Part shown: in pieces, positions 1 through 13,430 of the stretch
Layout: the number at the start of each line of letters is the position of its first letter
How positions within the stretch are numbered: the first letter of the stretch is position 1
Made by a program: the position numbers and the translations under genes
Assembly: GCA_023515725.1 (NCBI GenBank)
Contig: JALDTO010000266.1
Span: 2,436,217 to 2,500,216 of the forward strand
Direction: 5' to 3'
DNA from: Amoeboaphelidium protococcarum X5
Taxonomy: Eukaryota; Fungi; Aphelidiomycota
Length of the DNA: 64,000 nt
Notes under the pieces: model-generated
The model's database searches: none
What the model saw: only the letters and a program-made list of their open reading frames with translations
What the model was told of the DNA's origin: nothing

Positions 1-169
1 ACTAAAATTTGAATAGAGAGAGGACTGTACAAAAGAGCGCAAGACGAGAAACTTTAATCCGACAGAATTGTTTCAACTCCGCGCGTAAAGTGCAAAAGTG
101 GAAACGTTTCTTTTTCGTGGATCTTTCAACAGTTACGTACGTGTCTCAGTTGGTACACGCTTAATATTC

Positions 170-3100
170 ATGTAAACCCCTCTTAAAAATTGGGCTTTGG
201 ACTATGACAGCCCTGTGAATGAGCATACTAATACTCCTTAGTTATTCAAGGTGACTTTTGATGATGATTTTATGAATGTTGAAGATGTTTAGGATAATGA
301 AAATGATGGAGGTGACCGAGTTAACGATGAGAACAGATTGTATACGTAGAATATTGAAGATGGTACCGAATCAGAGTCTGCAAATCAGGATGTCACAGCT
401 TCTGAGAGTATCATGTAGTAACCTGCTGTTGTTGATGTCACTGCTTTGTAAATGAGTGGGAGATAGAAGAGAAAAGCTTCGGAGTATGCAAAGAAGCATA
501 TAAAGCGGCTGTATGTAGATCCATTTATGGATAGAGTTCTCAAGATGGACTTTGGTGATAGAGACGTTCTTCGCACTATTGCTCAGAATCCTAATGCTGA
601 TGTCACCAAGTATGATAATGATGATTTTGTATATGATGAATAGCGGCGTGAGATGGACGATGAAGATCATGGCGAGTTTAGATCTCCTTCAACGTCAACT
701 ATTAAGCGAGTCGGTTAATTGTCAGAGAAGTCCACGTTGTCGATATAAGAACTTTCAGGTCGTAAAGTACCAGCTTAAAATGAAGCCAGAAATTCTATGG
801 GGAGCATTTAGAAGAGAAGGATCAAAATTAATTCTTCAGAGAGGAAGCGGGTTGCTAAAAGTCAGAGTCGTTAACGAAGAGTTGGTAAAGGTGTACAGCG
901 GAGGAGAGTTGTACGAAGAGCTGCTAACGCGCCACGTCCCAATAGAGATAGTCGAATTGCATCGCGTTCAAAGTCAACGGCGTCTCTGAAGGATATCAAG
1001 CAAGTTGTACGCCGACTAAAGCGTATTCCGTAATCAGAAGTTTGCAAGAAAGCCAATTTGGCAGTGTAATCTTAATACATTTAAAAACGCGATGGTAATT
1101 TGCGGGAGCCTAAGACCAAGAAGGTTGTTCCTAGAAAGAGATAGAATGTTGTTGTTATCAATGAGAGGTCGTTATCTGAATAGTCAAAGTTATGCGTTGT
1201 AGATGTAGCTTCAGTTGGTTAGAGACCGGGCCAGAACCTCAGTGGTCTTTTAGTGAGAAGCTCTGATGAACTATTGACCAAGGCTATTCCTGGTAGGCCC
1301 CCTGATGGATTTATGGCTTTCTTCAGTATAGCTATTGCTAGAATTCGTTCCCAAAAGTCATTTAATGTTGATAAAGTATTATAAAAGTGCCGTACCTATT
1401 CAGTAAACTTGGATGATGGAGATAAAGACTTGTTGATGCAATATTTTGCCACCTTGGAGGCAGAGTTTTATTTAATTGACCATAGAATTGCCGAAATTTA
1501 CTTTTATATATTGATAAAATGGTAATGTTTATTCAATTCTGGTGATTAGTTGAGGCTATTTATTGATCACTCTCTGAAATCTCCATCTAATAATATGAGA
1601 TTAGTCTTATTATCTGTTTTGGTTCGTCTGCGCAATACAGATTCTGAGCGGCTGTGGTAGTTCTAGTAGTAGCATTTGAGCTCTTAAATCGCTGGCAATA
1701 AGCCGTTGGGGCTTAGTTTTCTGTCAATTGTTCTAGAATCACTTTGGTATTCAGATCTAGGACAAGTATTAGTTGCTCCTTAACATTTACCTTCATGTTT
1801 CCTAGTCAATGTATTCGAGATGATTGATCTATAGTAGGCTCTGGTGATAACAATGCAGATCTTTTAGACCAATATGGTGAGGAACAGAGAACATGTCATG
1901 AAAGAGTTACTTTAACGTGTCTTGAGGGCTTAAAGTCAGTCTTCTGCCTCATAATATTTGAATCTTTTCAGACAATTTTTGTAGATGGAAGTTGAGGATA
2001 CTGCTGTGGTAAAGTAGTTTGGTAAAAAATGCGTGGGTAAGTTTATAATGCCGTTGCTTCCCAAGACTCCATATCAGTTTGATGTTTATAATGACTATAG
2101 TGGAGATAGTTTTGGCGTGCTTTACTTGGTAGTTCCTTTATTGTGTCTAATATCTGATGTTGTGTAAGGATAGTTTGCAAATGATGTCTTGCTGATACTG
2201 TACAAGTGTATCGATTTCAATAATTGTGTCAATCCCAATGTATTCTCGATGTTAATTTCCTCCCTGCGTTCTAGGCTTATACCGCGCTTGGTTGAACATA
2301 GTGATTTGATTTGTAATGTGTGGAAGCGTTGCTTGCTCTGTCTGTCTCTATATCATCAATTTCAAGGTGCTGACATAATCCCCGATAGTATATCATCAAA
2401 GTTGAGTGGGATTAGTTTTATCGATTGCTTACAGAAGTATAATGGGTTTTTATCTGATAATCACAAGATGTAATGGCTCTAAGCAAGCAGGACGTTGTAG
2501 TCAACTATTTCTCTTATTATTGATCAGTGGATAACTCAACTTGCAGACCAGACTAGCGTTGAGTTCTCGATTTAACTGCTTCCAATTGTTAGTGTTAGCT
2601 TTTAGTATTTGCAAAATTTGGACTCCGGTCTGGTGTATAATCTTCTGGCTCTAGTTAAGAGAACACTCCATATCATGAATACATGTCTCTCTAAAATCAC
2701 TTCGTAGTGGGAACTCCTCAGCCACCAGGACATAGATGAGTTTGATTCTCTTATTGAACTGTCCGACTTGGAGACTCTGGATTAAAATGCTTCAGTCTCT
2801 CAACAGAATGCATAAATTGATATTATAAGGTAACCGGTTGATGCACTAAAACACATGCGGTCCTTGTTGCAGAGCTTGATCCAGGCCAAGTTTGGGAAAT
2901 TTCAGCAGATGGAGTTGCCAAGTTTCATTATAGCCGCTGAATCGCTCTCTCTACTCGGACATACTCTTATATTGTCCGATTCTCTAAAAATTGATGATTT
3001 CTTTTAATAGGATGGACCAGACGCCCTCTGGATATCGGCTAGTAGACTGCAATCGAATGAGTTGATAAAGGTTTATACGGTCAGCGTGATGCCAGGATTA

Positions 3101-4504
3101 CTTGATTTGTCACTTTCCAGAGCTAGACAGTTGTAAACTCTTGGGACTTTTATGTCTTCGATGGTAGATCCTTTGGTATTTAACTCCGATTAGATGTTCC
3201 TTAATCAACTCTTGATTATCTCACGTAGACTTGCATCCATGTTGGGTGTATAAGTAGATTTCAGGTGTGGTATTCCTCGATCACCGACCGCTGGTATGAT
3301 TTAGCTCTTTGATGTTCTGATGGCTAGAATTCTTTCTGCTTAACTAGTGTAAGGTGATTTGATTTAGTTAAGGACTGTTCTATATGCCATGGTACAAAAA
3401 GTCGTCCAAGCATCTAAAGACTCATCTTCTGAATACATGCAATACGCCAGTTCTATTGTTCAGGTTATTGTACAAAGAGTGCTTCTTTCTCCTCTATCGT
3501 ATCAAAATGTCTTGATTAGTGCGATAAGCTAGTACATTAGTCATTGTGAGAATGCCTAATTGCGCGAGTCGTTACTTTTAGGATCTTTGTCTTCTCTGGA
3601 ATCTCAAGATCTTGTTAGAGATTCTGCAGCTTAAAGCAAAGCGCTGGAGATACTCTAAAGCGCTTATGGAAGTTTGGATCTCAATTCTCAAAGTGGCATT
3701 CAATAATCGTGTCAAAGTATCGCTAGCATTTGCAAAATCCTTAATCGATCCTAAAATATGAAACTGTAGTCTCTATTCAATGATATATTTCTCCCAAGTC
3801 TAGTAGATGAGAGCGCTCGTCCTATATTTAATGGTCTTGCTCCTGGGATATTCTTTGTATCAGAAGTTATTAGCAATATGCGATTGTCGTGTCTTAAACA
3901 AAGTTTGAAGTCCATTATGAACTGTCTTGAGCTATGGGCTCTGGGTAGAACAACAATATTGGAAAAGATTCAATTGGCGAAACTATCCACTCATATGCTC
4001 TATTAGACTTGCTCAGAATATGGTCACGATAGAAAACTCCTATAGTTCATAGCTGCCTTGTTGTTTGAAAGCTTAAAGTAAACTTTATCTCATTGCTTCC
4101 TTCTAGACTCGCAGACCGATGATGAGTAGGCTATGTTACAGCAAAGGTGGAGCGACGTACAAAGCTTGGTTATTGGCTATGATGATGAGTATCGACAAGA
4201 CTATCATTTATATCTTGAACAGCTATTCCGCATTGGCGATAAACCAATGTCTGTACTTACACGTTTTGAAAGCCTGCAGATATCTGGAGTTGTTTACATT
4301 AGTCACGCAATGACACTGCTTGTTACTCTTCACAGCTGTGATCTAGCTGTGGATGAAGTTGAGAACTTGACTCAAGCATTAATTCGATCTCCTGCGGTGA
4401 TTCAATCTAAAGATGCCAAGTTGTAGCGGCTTCTCATAGAACACTTGCTACTTCCATTGAACATGATGAATGAAATCAACCATCTCTACAATAAACTCTC
4501 ATGA
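170..4504 (+). CDS. Large (~1444 aa) protein of unknown function with an acidic/low-complexity N-terminus and a predicted helical C-terminal two-thirds
   Basis: ATG at 170 and TGA at 4502-4504 share a frame with track ORFs 2189..2473 and 4133..4426, consistent with one ORF when TAA/TAG=Gln. Not every codon was checked and no family motif was recognised. Confidence 0.65.
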
Positions 4505-4768
4505 TGCAAAGCTAAAACTTGTTAATAGTCCTTTTATGTTCAATATAGCAAGCAATCTATCTGATTGACCGTTCTTTATACAGTAGGTAGTCTTCTTTTC
4601 GTTAACTGATCTAATGTACTGTTGATCTTCTCATCGGAGCGCGTTGGTTTCTTCTCTTTCTGACTTTCTGTCTTAAAGTCGCAATATACTGAAAGAGTGA
4701 GCAGCTGTATCTTCTACTATACTATTGGGAATATAGATTTTACAACAGTCAAGTCTAAATATCGAGAG

Positions 4769-5516
4769 ATGCCTTCTAGTAAAAATTTGCCGTATGCAGC
4801 TGAAGTTAATGCTGAATTGTCCCCATAAGAGATTGAGGTACGATGTTTATATTGATCAATTATCTCAACATGTGGTATCATCTCTTCTGAACTATGTGTA
4901 GGTGTTGGAAGATGCTTATAAGAGAGCTGCTGTCACTACCAGAGGCCAAATACCGTCTTAAATCAAGTAGGATTCGGAGGATACTCTTGATAATAAGTAA
5001 TTAAAACTTTACTGCATTATTTTGTAGATTCAATTATGCTTGGGGTCTCGTCAGAAGTAGATTTCGCGATGATCAGCTGAAAGGAGTATCAATCTTACAA
5101 GGTGAGTATTGCGTACTAATCTTGTTTTCTGGATTTTTAATTGCACTTAGTAAGCATACAAGTGTATGTATGTGTATGGGTGTAGAGCTATATGATGAAG
5201 ATGTCGAGAGAAGACGCGAGTGCACGTATTATCTGGCTCTTGGTTACTTCAAGTTGGGTAAGTATGCTGAGAGCCGCCGGTTTAATGCCATGCTGCTGAG
5301 AGATGAACCCAATAATGCACAAGCCCAGTCTTTATAAAAAGTTATTGACGACAAAGTGGCGTCTGGTAAGTTGGAATCTACATTCTTATTGCCTCATTCT
5401 AAATCTTGCCTGTTATTACTATTATGTGTGTAGAAAGCTTCATCGGAATGGCTGTCGTTGGTGGAGTTGTAGCCCTTAGCGGACTTGTACTTGGTGCTAT
5501 TCTGAAGCGAAAATGA
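4769..5516 (+). CDS. FIS1: Mitochondrial fission protein Fis1 (5 exons)
   Basis: Spliced product contains KFNYAWGLVRS, RRRECTYYLALGYFKLGKYAESRRF, EPNNAQAQSL and a C-terminal TM GMAVVGGVVALSGLVLGAILKRK-TGA. Four GT..TGTAG introns. Confidence 0.93.
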
Positions 5517-5752
5517 TTGAATGCTCTTATTTGTTGACATTGTTAGTGACATTGCAATTGGAATATATGTTAAGCTGTATTTTTATACTTATTGCTTAGC
5601 TATTTCGGTTTCAACGTGATCATTCCACATTGTATGATAAGTGAAGTTCTTTTACAGACTCGCGATGACTGCAGCCCATAGTCTTTCTAAATCTACAACA
5701 TTACCAGGGTGCATTTAAACAAAACATAAACGACAATAACAATAACAATATA

Positions 5753-8353
5753 TCAATCTATTAATTTAGATTTACTGTGATTGAGGACAAGAAGGTCGGA
5801 ACGTCGACGCGGTTTACTTGCACTAGTTAGAGCACCGAGTTTACTAATCATTACGAAAATGATCATCATAACTTACATCACATCACCGATTCTAAATGGT
5901 TCATCATCACACTTAATAACGAGGTATATGGCCATAGACGAGACCAAAACTAAAGCAACTATTTTGGAGCGTATAGTTCTGCAAGAGTATATGGATTACT
6001 GTTAGTTTATGGTAAAGTTGAACGCCAACAGCAGAGCAGTAGATGCAAAATCTTGAGGTTCGAGCATTTTAAAATCATTAGGAAGATTACGGACATAAAC
6101 AGCAATTTTCACTAGATGAAGAGGCAAGACACTGAGATACAATTACAATACCATATAGTGCCATTAGTATTCAGCTACACCATCCTAATGAAACAATTCA
6201 GAGCACTTCCAAATTTATTAAACTGTAACCATAAGAAATGTCAAATCATACGGACCGATGAATGACGCAGTAACACCAGCTATTGTCCAATACTTATTAC
6301 TAGTGATTGTCTTGTATCTACTAAAAAACTTTACTACAATTCTATATATAAAGTTGAACAACAGAATTACAGTGTCGAATAATAGACATCGAATCATAAC
6401 CAGACCAATACTGGTAAGCATATACACTGATACTATTATCCAATGAGAATTCACAAACAGGGTACCGAGAATAAGAATTGGGATTAGGTACATAACCACA
6501 ATAGAACTGATCCGAAGCAGCGACTATTAATATGTAGTAAAGTGGGGATATAGTGAGCAGAGCAGAATACACAGCACAGTGATTATGAAGGGATAAACTA
6601 GAGCAAATTACTTTCGATGTCTAACTATAGATTTTACAGTATACCAAGCACTAGGCTGAATATAGAGATATCCTGAACAATTACTTAATATGGATATGTA
6701 ATATTCTGCAGAGAAAGAGTCAATAAGAATTAGATTATCCAATCCAGCCCATTGTATCAATTATTAAGAATGACTTTCAGGATTCTTTTCAACACGAACA
6801 TAAACATAATCAGACGCTGTACATTCATTTGATATAAATCTAGCAGTAAAAGTCAGAGGGGATTCGGAATTCCGCCTGAATACAAACTTTTAGACAAAAT
6901 TCACTTATGTAGACACTGGCCATAAACTAGGAGTAATTACGACTTTATCCAACTGTTTAAATGCAGTTTCATTCCATAAGAGAATACGTTGCTAGTCTTC
7001 CATCTTCTCAATATACACAGTACTATTTCCAGGTATGACCATGCTATAATAATCATTTTATGCCTAGGGATTAAAAAAATGATAAACCAGCCGATTTCCA
7101 TCATAGAACTACTATGAGATAAACTAATCATTGACACCGTCGCAAATAACTACTTTAAACCTTGAGTCGGAGATTAATGCAAAAGCTACACCGTCCATAC
7201 TCTGAAATTTAGTCCTTTTATCAGAAAGGGGCATCATCATTGATATTCCAATATTTTACTAATTATATTGACCAGACTCATGAAATTTATCTTCAAGTCT
7301 GGGAAGATCCTGTATCGAGTCAAACTATTTAAACAAAACTTGATTGTAATAGCGATTCTTCTGACTAGCATCAAGAATTACAGTATTCATAATGATATCA
7401 GACAAGAGAACGACCAACTGATTACACCAAAGAATTGATTAATGATCAGTCTAAGTAGATACAGAGTCTAACATCTCAGTTTCCACATGCAAATAATGCT
7501 ATTCAAATTCTTCTGAGTCACTGTACTGATATGCAGATTGAGAGGAGACCATTTTATCCATATCACCACCAGAAATTGAAAGGATCGATATATTATTCAC
7601 CAACAAGGGCAATGAGTGACCACTTTAGGATACATGCCCATTCACCTTCCAATACAACTACAGGAGTCGCCTATCTAAAGGAGCTGGAGGTATGAAATGA
7701 GGAGTGCTCAAAGTGATAAGTGAATCCGCGCAAGTGAGATTGATATCTCCGTAAAGTGTAAACATTGTCCTGGCCACGAATCCAGCCATTGAATGAGAGA
7801 ATACTAAGACTTTAGAGAAGTGTAGATCCTAACACAAATGCTATAGGACTTGGTGAGCATACTGTGCCTGCCGTTCAACTACGCCGCCATCAAGACCACT
7901 CAGCTCCTCTTTAAAATCTACCGCATAAAAATCAATTCGAGGACGTTATGAGAAACCATCGACAATACCATTACTGCGATCATTAACAACATCCCCATGT
8001 TGCAATCGATTCAAAACTGTAGACGCGACAGATCTGACCTGCTTAAAACTTCCACCACTGCCAGGCAAGAATAAGACTGCATATTAGTGTTTGTCAGCAA
8101 CATCATCATCATCAATTGACCCCTCATAATACTTATAAAGACCATACTTGTAATGCAGCGTCTATTCATCTTGAATGAGTTGATACACTGGCCGCATATA
8201 AGTCATCTAACACCGACTAGGATAATCATTATGAAGATACATGGTTAGAGATATGTATAAAAAAGCAATAGTCAACACACTACCAACTATTACGGCAAGA
8301 TATCCCCTTTTTTAACCAGCTCCACCATTATTATTCATAGTACTATAAGACAT
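5753..8353 (-). CDS. PGAP1: GPI inositol-deacylase (PGAP1/Bst1 family), ~866 aa
   Basis: N-terminal TM, CQMTYMRP, VLFLPGSGGSFKQVRSVA, DFYAVDFKEEL, nucleophile elbow SHSMAG and a multi-TM C-terminus. One frame ending in TGA. Confidence 0.88.
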
Positions 8354-8683
8354 GAGAACGCACCTAGGACAATAGTTGCGAGTTGATCTTGACACTCACA
8401 ATGACTTTTTCGATAAGAAAGAAACATAAAACAGTCGGAAAGAATTGAGATCAATAGATGAAGAGTGGAGCGCTGAAACAAAACGTTCCATTATGGCCCC
8501 GTTTGTATAAAACAGGAGAGAGATGAACAGATTGATGGATAGATGCTATGGCGTATGGCTTACACTAAATCTTACTGGCAGCAACAGGTAGCAAAGATTA
8601 CCTCAAAACTTTGAAAAGAGAATACGTGAAAAAGACTTGACAGAAACACCAAGTAAAAGGGCAAGACAATGGATATGTTTATT

Positions 8684-10384
8684 TCATAATTGGATTTTAT
8701 GAACTGCCAGCTCAGACAACTTCTAACCGTGAAAGGCAACACCAACTAGAAAGCATTCACAATCGTGCAAATCGGCTACCACATAGTATTAATGATCAAT
8801 GATTTGTTTCAAGACCGTTTTAGCATCCTCCTGAAGGTCACTTTCACGCTGCGAAAGCTTGAAATTAAATACGAACACCCTATTCAAATGATTAAATCGA
8901 ATTCTGATATCATGCCTGCCAAGACCAGATTCAGGATTGGATGTCACTATGATGTTCATTCCATCATGCAACATGGAAAAAAAAGCCCCAAGGAAGAACA
9001 AGTGGCCCAGATAATCATTCATTTTCATTAGGTCGTGATCTTGTGAAGAACAAAACTTTATCATATCCTGCATCACATTTTGCAGAGCCGATATATTCGG
9101 AATCGCAGCAGTCAATGCCTTCTCAATACGAGACCTGAATTGAGGTGCGAATTGATCACGCAAGAGACCCATTATATTCGACTCCCAATAAACACGAATC
9201 TCCTTGTTAGGAATCCAAACTACACCAGATGTGATAAAAGTATTTTAATCATCACCATGATTATGGCGATAAGTCAGGTAGCCAGTGTGGACGAGAAAAT
9301 GAATGATCCTATCGATACTCCAATCCTCGCTTGAGTAATCGACCCCAGAGCTGAGTTAAGACACTTCCACCTGCTTCTGATCGTATAGCAATGCAAAGAT
9401 CTCCATTAAAGATTTCTTCAAGTGCGGTTTGAGAATGGTGGCAATAGTTTCAGTATATGACGATCCAACCTAGTAGGAACCGAAAACATCACGGCTATAC
9501 CAGCACATAAACGACCAAGGGTTGATCAGCATATCATTCCCAATACAGTATCCACTGTACCATTCTTTGACATTCTTCTTTGTGGATTCTTCAGGAATTA
9601 ATGAACCAATTTCATCCATTGAGAATCCAAAAAAGGCTGAATATCTCCTATCAGCGACCGAGTAAACTTGAACGTTATTAAGGCCAGATAGAATACCAGC
9701 GCCCCGAACTTCTACAATGCCCACTAAGCAGGCTTTCTTCAAAGCATCATTACTTTTAAGCGCAGACGAGTACAACAGGCCAAAGAAGCCTGAGGCCTCC
9801 TTATAGAAACCTTGACGAAATGCATGATTTAAAGGCGCGTCATATTCATCCACCAATACAACAACACGTTTGCCGTACTTTGTATGCAATTCAGTTGTCA
9901 GCCACTTGAGGCTCGATGCAACTCGGATTACGCTAACTGGAGGAGTCATTCTTGTAAAGTCCATATCTCTTGAGAGTAGTGTAATTTCTTCAGCCAATTC
10001 GTGTCGATGACGCAAAACCATTTCGCGAATACACTGCCATACAGATTCATACATTTGTGCCCACGATTCGCCTTTACAGTCTTTGAGATCCAGCACAACC
10101 ACAGGATATTTACCGCAGTGCTTTTCTACAATATAAATCTCCTTTCCAATGAGGTAGCGGTCAAAGTGCCTAGGCTGGGCATTCAATGACAGAAATGATT
10201 TGAGCATTGACAGATTAGTGCTTTTACCAAACCTACGCGGACGGAGAATAGCAACGACCTCGGAGCCATCATTCATGAATTCCTTTATAAAGAGACTCTT
10301 ATCAATGAATAGAGCATCAATTTCGATAATCTCATCAAAGTTGGACGCGCCTATTAGAAGTGGGTGTGTACGGCTTGGCTGCAT
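8684..10384 (-). CDS. AAA-ATPase-like plus PD-(D/E)XK nuclease-like protein of bacterial type, ~566 aa, intronless
   Basis: FIDKS, RPRRFGKSTNLSML (Walker A), VLVDEYDAP (Walker B), SGLNN, INPWS, LVHTGYLT, IPNKEI, SNPESGLGRHDI, FNFK, VGVAFHG. Track ORFs 9470..10384 and 8789..9172 join in one frame via TAR codons. Confidence 0.88.
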
Positions 10385-10806
10385 TTATTACTAATGTATT
10401 GAAGAGATAAAACTGAAAAAGTTTGTGCACAACCGTCACATCTTCCACCTTGATAGATCTCGCCTTTGTACAGTATAATTTTGCTTTGGTGTTTTACCTC
10501 CTATCCTTAACTTTTGATTAATTGATCAATTTACAAATATCTCAAAATATACTAACACAGTTTGAAGTTTTGTTAAAGTATCACGCAATGATGATCCAGA
10601 AGTTTAAAGCTCCAAATATTAATGAAGTCAAAGATTAAAGGTGTCAAAGGTCAGGCTTTCAAGATCAATATATTAAGGCTGTTCACAAAAGGTTAAAACG
10701 TCAAGTTTAATCAATTGCTTTTGTTGAGACCGCAATTGATAACTCATTATCCTTGCCATATCTCTTATCATCTTGTTGGATATCAAGAGTAAACTCCGAG
10801 ATCTAA

Positions 10807-11591
10807 GAGCATCTCCACCGGTAAATGTCCATAGATCGCCCTATAGAAATTTCTATGTGAAAATTTCTATATGGACATCGAAATCTCACACCGGTTGAAC
10901 ATAAAATTTCTATATGGATATTCATTAATGATGCAAGTTGAGAGTAATTATTACGCGATATAGTTTGCTCTTATACAAATACACGCGTTTATTCAATACC
11001 ACCCAACTCATTTTTTCATCCTCTTTTCAATGGTGGTGGTCTCGAACGAAGATGACCGATTTTGATCTAGATGCCGTCATCAATGACTTTATTTTTGATG
11101 ACGATAGTAATTTAATATTACAGCCAGCTGCTTTGCAAGTTATTTAATAGAACTTAGAGCAGGCATCTTCAGTGCACGTGGATCTTCTGTCGGCAGATCT
11201 CCAAACTTGTCTAGGAACTTATGCATTGGCTGGCACACTCTCAACTTATGGCAAAATATTTTCACTGTTCTGATCTGTACCAGCAACATGGTCTTTGCTT
11301 ATCTAAGCTCAGGCATAACATAAAATCTCATCTTAATAAATTCTCCAGATTGCTCCAGCTGGCATACTGAACTGTTTGATACGCTTGAAACAACATAGTT
11401 GCGAAGGAAAACAGCGTTTAGAGCGATCGCAAAATGTCCAACCAAAATGTCCATAGGGGGGGTCTATGGACATTTTGGTTGGAAATTTTCAAAAAATTTA
11501 TCTATGGACATTCCCGGTGGGGACAGGTTTTGATCAAAAAATATCTATACAGTACAAAAACAGCTATGGACATTCACCGGTGGAGATGCTC
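10807..11591. mobile_element. Non-autonomous PIF/Harbinger-type DNA transposon, 785 bp
   Basis: 28-bp terminal inverted repeats GAGCATCTCCACCGGT(A/G)AATGTCCATAG with 1 mismatch. TAA target-site duplication at 10804-10806 and 11592-11594. Transposase-like N-terminal remnant RGSSVGRSPNLSRN at ~11177. Confidence 0.9.
11437..11483. repeat. Perfect 20-bp inverted repeat with a 7-nt loop inside the Harbinger element
   Basis: TCCAACCAAAATGTCCATAG-ggggggt-CTATGGACATTTTGGTTGGA, re-using the TIR core ATGTCCATAG. Confidence 0.9.
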
Positions 11592-11799
11592 TAAGTATAG
11601 CCGATGACTTTGTGATACAGGTTGATTGAAATATATTTTTCGAGTGAATATTTCCAATATTTAAATGTCATATATCTAGTCCAACCTGATATTTAATACA
11701 CCAGACTTTCCATCACGCGTCATCAATGCTTTAGTGCTGATTGTTAATTTACTCATTCTTTTAATTAGCAAAAAGGACCACATCACCTTGAACTGATAT

Positions 11800-13430
11800 A
11801 GATACAGCATTAGCTACTGCGACAGATTTAGATGCCACAGCGTCTTCAACTCTTTCACCAAACTCTCTGTCCTACTATTCCTCCCTTACCTCAAAATTCG
11901 TTAGCAGCTTTTTTAATCTCTTGCACGTCAGACGCTTCTGCGTGTTCAGGGCATAATAAATTCTCACAGATTTCACTAAATCGCCATATCTCTACTTTGG
12001 TAGCTTGTTCAAGCACTTCAGAGTCAAATATTTCGAGGAAATAGACTTTTAATCAAACAGGTACTTGATGATTTTTATGCACTTGTAAGCAAACTTCTGA
12101 CTTGTGATATGGATCTTCAAAATCCTCTATCACAACGGACCAGATAATTTTCACCAACTTTTTTACTGTATCACCAAGGCCATTCAATTGTCGTACTAAC
12201 TTCCCTAAACACAGCATCATAGTCAATAAATCCATTTAAAATCTTCAAAGACGTACTAGGTGATCTTTTCGCAAAGACCCATGCAGGATTAGCTTGTGTT
12301 CTAATTCCAGTATGTTCTGATTGATTCGATCGCATCAAACGCGTACTTACAGTGCTGTACATGACACTGGAGGTGAGATATATCACTTTTTACTACTAAC
12401 GCACGTGCAGTTTCATTCTTTTAATTCTACTCCTTGCACAACCTTTTGTACTCTATCGCCACGGTGATCAATTGCCTTGCTGCGCCACCCAGTTTAACCC
12501 CATCAGCCACGTTGTCCTGAGTTGTCAGCTATACAGCTTCTTCTTCCCCTAGAACACTTTCCAAGACACCTTAAAAATCTTCACCAGCTGAATTTTCTTC
12601 TGACTAGGTGGCCTTTCTATCGGCACATTCAACGTTCGAGTCACCACTCCAGCCAACTTCTTCATGCAGTTTTTCCAGTTCTAGTTCTACAATTTCATCA
12701 GGTGTCAGGAGTTTCTTCAATATATCCTTGGCTTTCTTCGGTCATCATATCACTAACATGTTGGATATCAGAATTGACAATTAGGTCATCATTCCATTCT
12801 AGCCAGTGGTTACCTTCAAAGCGCACACCAACCTAGTCCTTACCAATTTCTTAAGACATTTTAATATCAATAAAGTGCAAATAATAATGTTTAGAAAAAT
12901 ACGCAATATTGAATATCATATCTACAAGAACTTATGCCCTCAACCTGTCAAGAAGTGTCTCATAAATTTCTCCGAGGTTCTTCAATTTGGTAACCTTACC
13001 CAGCGCGTTAGCTGCTTCAACAAATCCGAGCAGTCTTATTCACCTTACCCCGTAAAACCGTTAAACCGCGAGTCTTCCATCGTCACTCTGCATCCTAATT
13101 CAATCACCATATCATCTCAATAGACACGAAACGTAACCATTAAGCAGCTCTTGCTCGCTCTGTGGTGTTTTGTAGTTGCTAAGTAAATGGCTGGATAATT
13201 TAGTTTCCTTAATCTCTGGCTCGCCTGAAGTGCAATGATTACTGGATCCAACTGGTATCATGCCTGGTAACAGTGCCTAATCCCAAAAATTGGTTCATAC
13301 ACCTCAAATCTTCATGTATAGACTTATAACAAGCACCGTCATGGTATGATAAAGCGCCATCAACCTAACTTACTCTAGCAATAACGTTCTTTCCCGCCAA
13401 CTTTTGCGGTGGCTGTACGTTCTCGCTCAT
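11800..13430 (-). pseudogene. Degenerate coding sequence of unknown family
   Basis: ATG at 13430 is followed by protein-like stretches (e.g. EIVELELEKLHEEVGW, LQCHVQHCKYAF, track ORF 12053..12235) broken by several TGA stops and frame changes. The 3' boundary is approximate. Confidence 0.45.

Noticed and set aside
170-4504. Assignment as MMS22/Mus7-like
   Set aside because: Size and composition are compatible, but no diagnostic motif was recognised.
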